Positions 40,006 through 54,446 of a stretch of 64,000 bases of DNA are shown here, piece by piece (position 1 is the first letter of the stretch; the number at the start of each line of letters is the position of its first letter). A program made the translations under genes and the position numbers. The DNA is from Lobosporangium transversale. Lineage: Eukaryota. The stretch lies in NCBI RefSeq assembly GCF_002105155.1, contig NW_019028990.1:62001-126000 (forward strand), read 5' to 3'. Under the pieces are notes generated by a model. That model was not told the origin of the DNA. It saw only the letters and a program-made list of their open reading frames with translations, and searched no databases.

Positions 40006-41849
40006 CTAAAAAATACTACCCAGGGCATCGAACCAGCCCAAGATGCCAGCATCTGTAAGCACATACGCTCTGAATTCTTCTAGAGTGATGTATCCAGGCT
40101 TTGAAGGATTCTTGATTGCATTGAAGGTCTTGTCTACCATCTCATGGATCGCATCCTGGGAAATTGACTCCATAACAGGAAACGTGCTCGAGAAATAGGA
40201 CGGATTAGCATATGACCCTGCTGGTGTGGCTGATGAGGTAGACGCGAATGACTGATAGGGGGCTCCAAGTGGTGGCCTGTGGCTGGGATCATGGTTGCTT
40301 GGTAAGTATGTGGCCGATGACAATGGTGAGGATGATGTAGATGGTTGTGATAATCCAAATCCAAGAGCAGGCGAAGGAACTAGTGAAGGTGTTCTTTGAG
40401 ATGATTGTGAGTGAGGGGTAGAAGATGACGGGCGGTTTTGAGGATGATCCCAAGCAAAATTCGTATTCGAGATATTAGGCGGAACCGCATGTGACGAGGG
40501 GGCCATTGGAGGCAAAGGCTGATCTTTTCGTGGCTGACTAGAGCTGCTTTCAGCAGACGAACCCTCCTGAATATCCAATCGAGGAGGTAGGGAAGAGTTG
40601 CTGGACGCATGGACATCACCGGTATCCTGCGACGATGTTGATCGCGACATATTGTTTGAGTACAACTGCTGCGTAGGCGAGGACACAGCACCGCTAATAA
40701 GCCAACCACTGTTGTCGACACCAGAATCCTCTCCTTCGCTGGAATCCCCTGGGAGTTCTTGGCTCGCCATTTGGGGTGACAGTAAGGTCTCTGACTCATT
40801 CCCATGGCTCTTCTCTGTATCACCATCTGTGGCTACTGATGTTCCAGCTTCATCATCATCCGAGTCTTCGCCTTGGTTGATGTACGTATCAGGGCTAATG
40901 AATCCATAGGATCCTGATGAAAGTGTGCTCTCCATAATCGCAGGGTTTTGGTTGGAGATCTCTCTCACTTCTTCATATTCCTGGTTTGATGTCGTTACCA
41001 TCTCCTCGGGGGTAAATACACTGTGCCGGGCGGTTCCATGCGAAGTACCATCGATAGAGGAGATGTTGGGTATAGCAGAGCTGCTCTCTCCATTTGGAAT
41101 CAACGAGTGTGACCGGTCTGCTGGCAGAGAGACCTGCTCTTGGACTTCCCTGACTTCTTCTGTTGCTGAGGTATTAATGATGATGGTGTTATTGTTACTA
41201 CTATTGTTGTTGTTGTCATTACTAGTTGCGCTGCTACCGTTCATTTGGTTAGTTCCGGTGGTATTGTTCCCATTGTTCCCATTGTTGCTCCGGGCACCAA
41301 TTTCTCGTGGAATAGGAGCAGTGAATGTGGAGGAAATAGGGATTCCGGGCTGGTATTCAAAGTTGCTAATGATATCATTTTCCATGGTTTTCACTACGTC
41401 CCGAATCAACTCCATGGATAAGTAAAAATATGCTTTGAACATTTCATGCAGTTCCTCCCGCGAGATGTAGCCATCACCATCCAGGTCATATCCTTGGAAA
41501 GCATCTATAAAATAGGACACGTCGAGATGTCAACGATGTGAGTGAGAAGACTGAAAATATAACAGAAAAGTAAGTATAAATATATATATATAAACTTACA
41601 ATCGATCTTTTCATCAACATTGCCCTTGCAAAGCACGCTCAGTCCACAAGCCATCTCCTTGAAATTAATCACTCCGTCATTATCTTGGTCAAAAAAATGG
41701 AAAATACGGTCCGTGATAAGATTCTTTTCCAGTCCTAATGGACCTAATGCTTGCTCAAAAGTGAGACGCGTGATTCCTCCACCTTCTTGATCCAGAGTTG
41801 ATAATGAGAGATATTGGTTGTACATGGCGTCCAACTCTACATTGTCAAC

Positions 41850-41911
<62 letters not shown>

Positions 41912-42373
41912 ATAATAATAATAGTAATAATAGAAAAACTCGTCAGATTCTTCTGAATATAGCAAAGCTCGATCCAATAGACTCGAATACTGAATACGTA
42001 TTCTATTTTTGCTTTTTTGCTTTTTTGCTTTTTTCCTTACAATGTGTTGTTTCGAGTAGTTGCTGTAAAAGATGATCTGGGGTAGTGACATTTCCTTGTG
42101 GAATGCCAGGATAGAACGGTGGCAATTTCTTTGTCCGACTGTTGGCAAGAGGTGGGATTGGTATCCTGATCTTCATGAAAACATGGGATCTGATATGTAC
42201 TTCCGCAGCCTCACATCCTTCACATAGATCATAATCCTGACAGTTGGCACATTTATAACGTAGCCCGCGGATTGGAACTGTACGACAGCTATTGCAGGTA
42301 ATGCCGCCTTATGGACAAGAATAAAAATAAAATAAAATAAAATAAAATAGAACACAATCATTACAAATTTGTC

Positions 42374-42404
<31 letters not shown>

Positions 42405-43194
42405 TTTTTTTTTCTAATGATAAAGCCATAAATGCGATTCGGGCATACTTACGATGAATATGGCCTTCTATTGCGAACAGCATAAAGCAAATAAACAAAT
42501 AAAAAAAAAAAAACAAACAAAAAAAAGAAGCCGCGAGCTTATTAGAACTATGCTTGATGTAGAGAGCATGTTTGACAACTCTCAAATTAATAATAATAAA
42601 AAAAAAATTAAAAGAAATAAAAAAATCATTGTTATTACCTTTGCTTGCCTGATCTTCCGCTATAGCGTACAGGAGGTTCATCAATTGTAATCCATCATGT
42701 TTACTGTCTCCAAAGTCATCCATTCTCAATCGTTCATACCCATCCTCATCCACCAGTACACTATATTCATGGTCTGTTGTCTCTTCTGTTTCAGTGTCAT
42801 GACTGAATGCTCGCTCTCGTAGACCGTGAGGTTCCTCATCAGAACTTGTTCCTTCACCATGGTCATCTCTCCTTGAACTTTGCTGCTGTTGCTGCTGCTG
42901 TTGTTGTTGCTGATGTCTGTGGCTATTGGACCGACGTGTAGCATTACTTCTACGAAGACTATGAGCTGCTCCTGAATCCCTATTGCGATTAGACGATCCC
43001 TGTCGATGACCACCTGCTCTTCTATTACTACTACTACTACTACTATTACTATTGCCACCACTGCCTCTTGAATTATTAGAGTTTCTTCGTTGAGCAGCGG
43101 GCCAAACCCAATAGGATACGTAGAGAAGCGCGCCTCCTGTTATAAACCCGAGGAGTAAGAATGGAATAGGACTGGGTCTGCTCGACGTTGACAT
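40006..43194 (-). CDS. N-terminal anchor + ZZ-type zinc finger + NCS/frequenin-like EF-hand protein; 5 exons
   Basis: Hydrophobic N-terminal helix; ZZ finger HRGITCNSC..PIRGLRYKCANCQDYDLCEGC...H...H; EF loops DQDNDGVINFKE and DLDGDGYISREE. Exons 43194-42639, 42467-42453, 42307-42041, 41848-41600 and 41504-40006. Confidence 0.88.
41850..41931. repeat. (TAG)n then (TAA)n microsatellite inside an intron
   Basis: About 20 TAG units followed by TAA units, directly visible. Confidence 0.92.
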
Positions 43195-43596
43195 TGTTAT
43201 TTACAGATTCATTGTTTCTGAAGAAAGAGGGAGGGGGATGCAATGCAGAGGGGCAGTGGTAGTTGAACTCTTTCTTTGACAAATAACTTCAAAAGTCACG
43301 TCTATCCTAACAGTAGATCACATGCATACATTGACTTCTATTAAGCATAATGGCATTCTTTTTTTAATAATATTTTGCATCCAGAATATAAAAGAAAAAA
43401 AAAAAGTCGCTACTATCAGAGTTACTCAATGTTACAGATCGTTGCAAGTTATTTAGTAGACTATAGGATACATTGTTATCTTGTCTTCACCTAAACAGTG
43501 AAAAAAATAAAATAAAATAAAAGAAAGAAAAAAAAACAGTTGTCCTGGGTTATTAAACCACGTCTTGTTTATCTTGATGTTATTACAAAACGTTCA

Positions 43597-43629
<33 letters not shown>

Positions 43630-44123
43630 CCTTTTTACAAAACTCGCTCAGAGAGAAGATTAGACACATTATTTAAAATCATTAAAGACCAAAAAAAAAA
43701 AAAAAAAGGGTTACTTTTTTCTTTTTGTTCTTTTAAGAGTATATCTCTAAAATATCGTATAATCATTGCGAGTAAGGGAGGGGGATTCCAATTATAATAT
43801 ATCATATCAATCCTAATATGTTACGCGTTGACATGAAGATAGAATCCGACTCTTTTTTTTTATTTAAATACCTTTTTTTTTTCTTTTTGGGGGAATCGTT
43901 TTTTCAAGGTTTTTTTGAAAAAAAGAATGAAAGAAGTGAGCAAGCTTTCAAGTTTTTCTTTTGTGCTAAATTAATCTAATATGTTTCAAGCCACCATCAC
44001 AACAGGAGGAAGGGAACACACACTTTGAAGGAAAGTTGATCGCGAATCTTTTTGTAGATACTTTCAAAAAAAAAAAAATAAAAAAAAAAAAATAACCACG
44101 ACGACACACCTTAGCAAACCACC

Positions 44124-44399
44124 ATGGACTTCTCGCAATTCAACGATGCTGAACGCAACCATCTCCAGCGTGTCATGGAGCAGAAGCAGGTAGCGGAATA
44201 GCTTCATTTTATTTTATTATCATTTATTTTATTTATTTTGGTTTGATTTCGACATCTGCAGTTTGGCAAAAAAAAAAAAAAAAAAAAAGTCTTTACAACC
44301 TAGAGGCAACTTTCCTTTCTACCGACTTGTTTTTATATATTCACAAGCATCAACCATCAATCATTAGTCAGCTCTTTTTTATTTAATTATTTTTTTTTA

Positions 44400-44430
<31 letters not shown>

Positions 44431-44815
44431 TTTTCTTACTATATCCATATACTTATATATATTCGTATCAATCATCAATCATCATAGATGAAAGACTTCT
44501 TGAAGCTCTACAGTGGACTGGTCGAACGTTGCTTTAATGACTGTGTCAATGACTTTACCTCCAAGACTCTCACTTCAAAAGAGGTAAAAGCAAAATATTT
44601 ATATAAATATATAAAAACGCCCTTCTTTTCATCAGTAAAAAAAAAGATGCCATTGCCCAAACTGAATAAATATTAACTTTATAACTATTGTGACTTCCCT
44701 TTTTAAATAGGAGGGTTGCATACAAAAGTGTGCTGACAAGTTCTTGAAGCACTCGGAGCGTGTTGGTCAGAGGTTTGCAGAGGCTAACGCTGAGATGATG
44801 GGTGGAGCCAAGTAG
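44124..44815 (+). CDS. TIM9: Mitochondrial intermembrane-space small Tim chaperone; 3 exons
   Basis: [27 protein letters not shown]...[20 protein letters not shown], a twin CX3C motif. Exons 44124-44189, 44488-44583 and 44711-44815. Confidence 0.96.
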
Positions 44816-45142
44816 AAGAAATATTCTTTTTTTTTTTTTTTTTTTTCTTTTCTTTTCTTTTCTTTTCTTTATCTCTCTTCTTTGATAGCAAGCTCATGCT
44901 CTTAAAGCAGGAATGTAATAAAACCATACAACCTTTTCCCTTTAGTCTATGGATGATTGCATTTTTCATCTGTTCATTAGATACAAAACAATACCATTCA
45001 GATTGTCCTCAAGCATTGGAAGCATCTTTTTATACATGACTTGCCATCATCAACATGACCCTCCCAACGTATTTTATTACTCCACACCGCTTTCTCATCC
45101 CCCTTCTGTACACTCATCCTTCTGATCTTCATCATACCATCT

Positions 45143-46115
45143 CTATCGTATGTTTTTGGCAACAGATTGATGGGGAGCATTGACTTTCCTCAGGTACTCT
45201 GATCCTGCTGTAGCCCCAATCGTATTCGAGCCTGCAGCATACATACTCGTTGTATTCTTCCTGGAAGACGACGATCCTCCATAATATGATCCGGAATCAT
45301 TGCTTCCTCCTCCACTTCCTCCGCCCGCTACTGTCAATCGTCTTGAGGTCGCAGATGAGATGGTATGCGAAGGTGATCCCGCAGGAGTTGCATAGAGACT
45401 GGTGTACTGTGATCCATATTTACTACTCTCTTGAGTCAATGATGTGTTGTTACTCTGTTGGCTGTACCCTCCTGTCGATATACCTGCGCTGACATAGGCA
45501 CGTCCTGAACGAATCGACCCAGAAGATGTGTTGGCTGCATTATCAGGCTCTGTTTTCACCTTGAGTGGGCGGGAAGAATGCAAAGTAGATGACAACGATT
45601 GACCTCCAGAGAAACTTTTTTAAAAGAAAAGAAAGAAAAGAAAAAAAAAAAATTATAGTGTCAGTATGAATAATCATCTTTGATTCTTCTGGCTATATTT
45701 CATCCGAGTATTTTTTTTAAAAAAAAAAAAAGAAAAAAAAAAAAAAAAAAAAAAAAAAACACGACATAAAAATTCAACAAGGTCAAATGAATTTACATGG
45801 AACTACGACGGCGAGCGCTTAAAGAGCCGTTGCTGCTTGTACTGCTGTTCAGTGGATTCTCTGAAGAGCTTAAGGGTGGACTGAAGGGTGAGCGCACTGG
45901 CGCACGAATTTCCGAGATCCATTCGTGCTGTAGACCCTCTTGAGGCTTCATCCGTTTTTCTGGGTCCCAGATCAAGCATCGGGAAATAAAGTCTAAGAAC
46001 AGAGGATCATTACACTTCAGAACCTGTGCCAAAGTCTTTGATCCTGGTCTACGCTTCTTTCCTTTAGAATTGACTACAAGTTTAGGGCTTCCCAATGCAT
46101 CTATCATGGATGAAA

Positions 46116-46158
<43 letters not shown>

Positions 46159-48252
46159 GAGTATTAGTATCAATTCAAAACGCAGAATGATAGTTTTGGC
46201 TTTTCAAACTAAGGTACGTTAGTTGAAGGCAACAAAGGTGAACAAAAACATACCAAAGAACACCTTCTTGCGTGTACTCCTCTCGATGAGATAACGATCT
46301 GGGACACCTTGGATCTCCATAATACATGAAAGTTGCTCCTGCTCGTTTTCACCTGGGAAAAGAGGGTATCCGGTATAGAGCTCCGCTAAAATACATCCAA
46401 GGGACCACATGTCGATCGCCATGTTATATGACATGCCCAAAATGACCTCGGGCGAACGATAGAACCGAGATTGAATATAGGTATACACCTTTTCATTTTC
46501 CAAACAGCTGCTTCCAAAATCAATCACCTTGATGCTGGATTTGGTAGGATGCTTCAACAGAACGTTCTGTGTTTCATAAAAATCGAAGAAGAAAAAAAAA
46601 AAAAAAAAAAAAGTTAGGGTTGAGTGGAAATGAAAACAAGAAAAACACTGTAAATGACTCGGATGTAATCCATGTAATGCCAGGCTAATGAGTAAATCTA
46701 AAAGTTACCTCTGGCTTGAGATCACAGTGAACAACGTTGTGCTTGTTTAACAGATCAAGAGATTGTAAGAGTTGGGTGCAAAACCGCTTGATAAGTCCCA
46801 AACTGAAGCCCTGGAACGAATTGCTTTTGATAAACTCGTACAAGTTGATCGAGAGCAGCTCTGTCGCAATGCAAAGATGGTTTCGGAAATAGAAGTGATC
46901 TGTCATACGGATCAAGTTATGCTTAGCCTCAGGATCCCATTTGTTGAGGTTATCCAGGATCTTGACTTCCACTACAGCCTGGCAATGGAATCGCTTCTTA
47001 TTCCTGATGATCTTAATCGCAACGTATTCCCCAGTTTTATGATCATAGCATTTAGCCACCTGTCCGAACGAGCCTTTGCCGAGCATATCCAGGACTTCAT
47101 ATCGGTACATAAGGTGGTCATGATTGACAATTAAATAATCACCTCGGTCATCATCATAGCCTATAAGGAGATAACATAAGAATCATGATTAGCAACAACA
47201 ACAACAACAAAAAAAAAAAAAAAAAAAAAGTAGCAATATCAAGCAATAAAAGCTGTAAACAAATGAGCCAATTACCAAAGTTACTGTGACTGGCCTCCAT
47301 GCTTGCAGGCTTTTTATTTCTGCAATTTTGACCCACATAGTACACTTGTTGATGCTCGCCAATTTCTGCACGCTCGTACATGCTCAGATAAGGCGCATAG
47401 AGCTTCAGAGCAGCATACGGTGTCAGCGGTGGGAACGGGCTGACATTGGATGTCGGAGTCCTAGAAGCCTTTTGCTCTGCCGACGTAGGTGCATTTTGTC
47501 CATATAATTGTGAATGAGGACTAATGGGGCTGGAGATGTTGCTAGACGATGAAGGCTTTGCCAGTGATTGTTGGCTGCTGGAAGGTGAAGAACGTGCTGT
47601 AGGTAACTTGAGCTCGCCTGTCAAACTCTTCTTTGGTTCTGCCTGTCCCAACAAATGGCTCGATGTTAAGGGACTTCTAGCTGAGATGGGTCCGGAAGAC
47701 GACTTTGAGTAAGATCCATTTCTAGATGAGGTTGAAGTGTCGCCTGATGCTGCAATATTGCTAGTCGAAATGGTAAGAGGATCAATAATTGCAGAGCGGC
47801 GACGATTCAGTCCACTTAACAGGCCACTTGAGAAGCTTCTAGCCGTCTTTGGTTTGCCATCTGGTCCGAGAAAGGGAAGGGTAACAGCCGAAGAAGCGGT
47901 CTTTGTTAATCCAAGGGATGAAGGTGGGGTTCCTCCACGGATAGTCTTGATATCTTGAATGGAGCTCTCCGCAGCCAGTACTCTGGATGCAGATTTGTTT
48001 GTAGCATCTCTAGGTGTAACAGAGCCTCTACGAGACATTCCTGAAGGGCTCGGGATCATGGAGCCAGCAGCACGCGAGGAAATCCTGGATGAAGTCTCTC
48101 TTGTCCTTGAAGAAGTTGACATGTACATCGGAGGGAGAATTGTCGGCGCAGGTTTCGCTTTAGGAGGGTCCATTGCCGACAATGTCTATTTTGTTTGAAA
48201 AGGGATTTTATTAAGAATACATGGCTCCATTTTGCAAATTGATTTTCTTTTC

Positions 48253-48298
<46 letters not shown>

Positions 48299-49829
48299 AC
48301 CTTTCCTCGCTTTCGTGTCGCACTAGATGTTTGAGAGTTACTGCTGCTGGAAAAAATAGATGTTCTTGTCTTGCTGGTAGGCACTGCAATACCTGTATCC
48401 TTCTTGTTTGTACTGGCCCCTGTATCCTTTGATTTGTTTGAACTAATGCTTTCATTGCTACTACCTGTGTTGGTGTTGGCTCCAGAAGTACGGGTCGAGC
48501 CATTAGGAACATCAAAGATAATGCTCCTGCGATGTGAGTTGCTGAGACCGTTAGCATTGGGTAGCCTAGATGTTGATGTGGGTGCTGGCTGCTCCACAGA
48601 TCCTAATGGAACTTTGGGTGCAACCTCTTTAATATCCAATGAGCCGAGATGCTTTGTGATACTGGCAACAGGCACTGGAATAGTATCGGCTGTCTGTGGC
48701 AGTGGCGTACCCGCTTTGCTGCTGTGAGCGGATGAAGCTGGGGAACGATGCTGGTCTGAACGCTGCGTTGGCGCTGTACTATCTTCGGACATGGTAACTG
48801 ACTTGCGAAGGATGGATTGCAATTCTGTGGAGTACTGTTGAGGTACTTGAGGTTGTTGAGGGGCGGCTGGCGCGATCTGTACTCCAGCTGCAGCGCTGCC
48901 AGCGGGCGTACGCGATCTAGAACGTGGCGGAGGCGTGGGGCGACCTTTATACTCTGCTGTTGGGGTCGATGGAATCCCACTCCTGGATTTTGTTCTCAGC
49001 TGTGGGATGCTACTTGGAAGATGAGGCGAGGCAGCTCTTGAGGGCACTCTGGCAGTTTGCTTTGACTCCTCATGGTTACTATTAGTGCTGTTGTTGCTTT
49101 CATTAGTTGTGCTGTTATTGCCAATTTGAAATGCTGAATAGAAGCTTTCTCTTTTGTGCCTTGCCCTCGCCTGGTGGTCTCGTTGTTGTAAGTGTAGCAA
49201 AAACTGTTCCTGCTCCCTCCAAGAATCTCGTCTATTCAATGTCTGGTCCATGCCGGATCCGTTTAGATCAGATGCCTGAGGCTGAGACTCTGCAAAGGAT
49301 GGCGTTGGCGGGACAGCATCCTGTGCAGCTCCTGGGCTTTGTTCCAACAAGCTTGTGTTACCATTTTGTGTGGACCGTGTTGAGAGAGCGCTGTAGGACT
49401 CTGAACGCCTATAATGGGTCCGCGGATGAGGTACGTCTCCAGTAAGAGATTTCCGGGAAGGAGTCAGAGTGCCTTGGGTCGGATGCTGCTTCGAGGAAAT
49501 GTCGTAGTTTGAGGATCCCTGCTCTGGTAACCTTGGTGAGAGCTCCAAGGGGTGAGTAACAGGAGGTTGAGTAAGAGGTATAGGTCCTGACGAATAGGAT
49601 TTACTCCGATGATGAGCATAGGTCGCTGGTGAAGATGGGGCTTGTGTTGACTGCCGCTGATATTGAGAGTGTTGTCCTGAACTGCTCCTACCGGAGCTCA
49701 AAGGACTTGTCAAGGCGGTCATAGGCGATCCTTCAGAGTTTGAGACCGAAGAGGGCGTCATCGGAGGATTGGGAGACATAGGCATGTCCGAGCTATAAAG
49801 TATATGCAATAGACGGGGTTAATACAAAT

Positions 49830-49862
<33 letters not shown>

Positions 49863-51739
49863 GTTTGTTTGGTTATACTAAAAAGATAACCTTCAAGAGA
49901 AAGAGAGAAGGGAATATATATATATAATATATATATAATAAAGGAATAGCAAGGCCCCATTCATCTAAACTACGTGTTGACACCCACGAAAAATGTTCCA
50001 GACCAAGACATACCCTGAACTCGGACCACGTTTATGTGGTGAAGGTGAACCTTGATGTTGTTGTATGGGCATCCTATACTGCACCCCATCCATAGCACCG
50101 TTTGACTGTACAGGTTGTTGTTGCAAGAATTGCTGCTGGTAATACTGTTGTCGAAATGCGTCCTCCTGCTGGAACTGCAGCTGTTGTTCGTACTGGAATT
50201 GACTCTGGTGATGTTCCGATTCGTGAAAGCTCTGCCTTGAAGACGATGATAGTTTTCGAGGGCTTTGTTCTGGCTGTGACAACTGCCTCTGGTGCTGATC
50301 TGGCTGCTGAGGCTGAATCCAGGAATAGGGCACCTGTGGAATGATATTTCCAGCAGATTGGCGAGATGTCTTTGCTGGCAATGACTTTCGATGGCTATCC
50401 TTGGGATCAGCAGGGTATTCTACGTAGAGAGTGAAGCGCGTGAGTCGTTGTAGCAAGAGTAAATAATATATGATATATTAAATATTAAAAATATAATTGA
50501 TAGAGAAAAAAAAAAAAAAAAAAAAAAAATGAATGAATGACAGAGGAAGAAAAAAAAAGAAAAAAAAAAAAAAAAAAAAGATTATGAAAAGGAGAGAAAG
50601 AGAGAAAGAAAAAAGAGAAAGAGGGTTCCATGAAGAGTTACATTGGGAAAAGAGAAAACCAATGTCGTGGCATGGGAAACAACTCATTCCCGAAATACAA
50701 ACACACGCCTTTGTACACAAAGACCCCACCCATGCATGTGTGCAGATGTGCCTGTTTGTTGTGTGTATGTATATGTATATATATATGAAAATATATATGT
50801 ATAGATGAGTGTTTGTGAATGTGTAAATGTTGTTGACGTGTTGGCGTTGTTTTTGAATGTCAAGGGCATGCAATGTGGAGCAAAAACCAAAAGTCAAGTG
50901 GGGGGCGAGCAGCGAAGAAAAAAAAAAAAAACTGAACTAAACCCAAACCAAGCAACTTTTTTGCTGCTTTGCATACAACTCTTTGAGTTCAAGATGGTCT
51001 TAATGAGCAATGGATTCTTCCTTTTTCTCCTCTTCTATCTTCTTTGTGTATTTCACAAGACATTGATGTCCATGCTGCATGTTGAAAAGGTTCGCTGCTC
51101 TCGCTCGACTGAATCTTCATTCCTCTTATTTCATCGATTTTTTTTTTTTTTTTTTTTTTTTTGTTGGATTCCAGACCCAATCCAAATCAGGGCGATTCGG
51201 ACTTGCATGTCGTACCATTGACATGTCCTCTGTCTGTCTGTTTGTCTACTATCCCATGGCCAATGGGTATGTTTTTTTTCCCTGATCCTGTTGATTGGAT
51301 AAAAAAGAAAAAAGTCCAAAGCACTCACATTCACACTTTCAACTCTCATCATGTTGCTATTTCGCTCTCTCCCACCTTCCTTCTCTCTTTATCCATTACA
51401 CCCATTATGCATATGCGCATGGACAGTCTTTAGCATTTGCGCATAAAGGGAAAAAGGAACGAAAGGACAAAAAGCCTTGTTGTGGCATCAATACATTCCT
51501 AGGTATCTTTTCCTTCCTGCGTGCTGCGTGAGGCTCAGTGCGCTGCATTTTAAACCCCTGTTTCTCAGAGCTCTCGCCATGCCGTCAGGGATTGTGGTCC
51601 TTGTCATCAACAACAACAAAACCAACAGCAATAGCGACAAACAGCGACAAACAGCGACAATAGCCGCAGCAATGACAACAGAGTGGGCACAACTTTCTTC
51701 CAATCAATTTGTATCATCCATAATTCACCCCCCAAAAAG

Positions 51740-51771
<32 letters not shown>

Positions 51772-52271
51772 GACCCCCATTGCCAACGGTTCGCTTGCTT
51801 GTTTCAAAAAAATAAAAAAAAGGGACTTACGAGAATAATTTGATCCATCAGCTCCAAGCATAGATGATGGTGTTGAAACAGGGCCGTTACTAACGTCTCC
51901 AAATTCCTGGTGAGTGGCCAAGCTCTTTGGCCTCCTGATCTTGGGAGTGGACAGCGTTGATATGGACGAAACATTGTAGCTACTACTGTTGGGGGAAGTA
52001 GAAGACAGTGTATTAAAGGAAGTCGATGGTAAATCTTGCTGATGCTGTGACATGGAACGACTTCTGTATCCTTGTTGTTGATGTTGTTGTTGTTGTTGTT
52101 GTTGCTGTTGTTGTCCTTCCCGTTCTTGATCTTGATCACAGTCATGAGCTTGGTCTCGGTCTCGATCTATTCCTCCTCCTGTCAATGCTACTGCTCGAGG
52201 CATGATAGGAATCCCATTTCCTCCCGTAGCGGTACCACTATAGTTTTGTTGTTGTTGCTGATGTTGGTGCG

Positions 52272-52311
<40 letters not shown>

Positions 52312-52564
52312 AAAGTCTTCAGACAAGTTAAAGTAACTATCCATATACGACCGACTGTGTTCGGTATGATAGCTTGTACCGCTGTCATCATTATTATAAT
52401 TGTTATTACTTTTTGAAGTAGGGGATAAATGGAATGGATGGGAAGTGGCTGTAAACTTGGAAGAACCATAGATGGGTGCTGTCATAATTGGTGGAGGTGA
52501 ATATGACTCAAAATCTCGGACAGACATTTTCCTCAGCGGTGGGGGTTTTGACTTTGAAGACTGT

Positions 52565-52599
<35 letters not shown>

Positions 52600-52863
52600 T
52601 TGGTGGTGGTGGTGCTGGTGCTGGTGCTGGTGCTGGTGCTGGTGCTGGTGATTGTAAGAGACAGATGAATCGAGGTCCAGCCTGCTGTTGTCCATCATGT
52701 CCTGAATCGCCCGTTGTTGTTGTTGTTGTGTGAATTGTGCTTGCAGAACTCCAGGTGTTTGTGGCACCTGTATTTGTTGTTGGTGTTGATGTTGAAAAGC
52801 TGATGTTTTTGATGCGATGAGTGACTTTCTCCGTGAGAAGAAGGATGACTTGAGGGAATCCAT
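45143..52863 (-). CDS. DYRK-family (class 2/Pom1-like) dual-specificity kinase with very long disordered N-terminus; ~8 exons
   Basis: DH box [31 protein letters not shown] and [14 protein letters not shown]. Upstream exons 52863-51831, 50419-50014, 49792-48301 and 48185-47276 join in frame; inclusion of the first exon is less certain than the kinase core. Confidence 0.88.
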
Positions 52864-53087
52864 GGTCAATGGCTAGTAGGGTCAATAGGGTCAATAGGGC
52901 GTGTCTTCCTGGAGGGCTGATTACTTTAAAAAGGTGAAACTGAGACCAAAAAGAGTGAGGATTTAAAATAATATAAAGAATCAGTAGAGCCGAGTCTGAA
53001 GAGGAGAGGAGAGGATGGCTGAAGGAAAAGAAAGAAGCAAAGGAAAAGGAAAAGGAAAAAGGAAAAAGGAAAAGGATGGAAAGGAGG

Positions 53088-53118
<31 letters not shown>

Positions 53119-54357
53119 GAGATGATGAACTCTGCGTTGGTGGAGACAATAAGATTACAGAACAAAAAATATTCTAAAATAAAAAATACATTTAAATTGA
53201 TATAAATTGATGTATAAAATTGTTTTCCTTTTCTGTTTAAAGACAAGAGACTTACCCTTTTATAATAGAAAGATGAAGAGTGAGTGAAGTTGGGAAGAGT
53301 GAATGGGAGGATTGGGAGGAATGGAAAGAAATAAAAAAAAAGGAGCAAGCGGAAACACGCGCGTGGAGATGGTTGAAGATTCATTTTCGTGTCTATGTAT
53401 CAGACCATGTCCATAGGATATGTACATATTCTTTTCATTATACTAAAACTATAAGCCCGAACCAGTGAGCATCCATCCATCCATCCATCCAACAAAGAAA
53501 AAAGAAAAAAAAAAAAAAAAAAAAAAAAAAAGGGTTACTATCCTATGAGAGCCATTTCTGTCCCATTTTGCAATCAATCCTCCCGCCTCCTATTGTCTCC
53601 TCTACGGTATCATCAAGTTCATCAAGCTTTTTTAATCATTTATCATCAGAGCACTAACTTCCAATGTCGTTCGATGTTGTAAATGTTGGTCATCGAAGAC
53701 CAAGAAAAAAAAAAAGAAAAGAAAAAAACCTATGCATAGCATGGGGGGTTTTTGAACACAAATTCATATAATTGTTACATTTGTATTAATACATGATAAT
53801 CAAGGCGTTTAATTTAAACATCTGTCGGACCTCACAAGCGGATCTTCACATTTCTTGTTTTCTTTTTTATAAAAATACTTTTGTTCCGCACCATCCTCTC
53901 CACACAGTGCTATTGAACTTGACTGTCAATGAAAAAGAAAAAGAAAAAGATCAAGAAGGGGGTACACGCACAAATGTTTAGATGACAGAGTGCTTGGACA
54001 CCCCCTTGCCGCGTGGCAGCATGATTTGCAGAAGAGGAGCAGTAGCTTAGCTTTGAACTATATACATTGAAAAAGGGGGAGTTCTGCGGAACAATACCTC
54101 TTTTTCTAGCATTCTAGCATTGAACAGTGTACATCTACAGTAGCCAATCTTTACTTTTCAAAATAAAAAAAAAAAAATAATCTCTGGCTCAATTGAACGC
54201 AATGTGGTTGTCTTTCACACAAGGCGCAATGCTGTCAAACTATCGTAGACTATCAAAAAGATAGAGCCGTTCAACGATAATTGAACTGAATGTGATTGCC
54301 AAGAGCACCCGATCCCGTCCCAAAAAGTCTTGGAATGTCAATTTTCCTTCCCCCTTC

Positions 54358-54389
<32 letters not shown>

Positions 54390-54446
54390 GATGAAATAAA
54401 AATGAATAACCCGCTAACTTGCTATTACTATTGCTGTTATTGCTCT

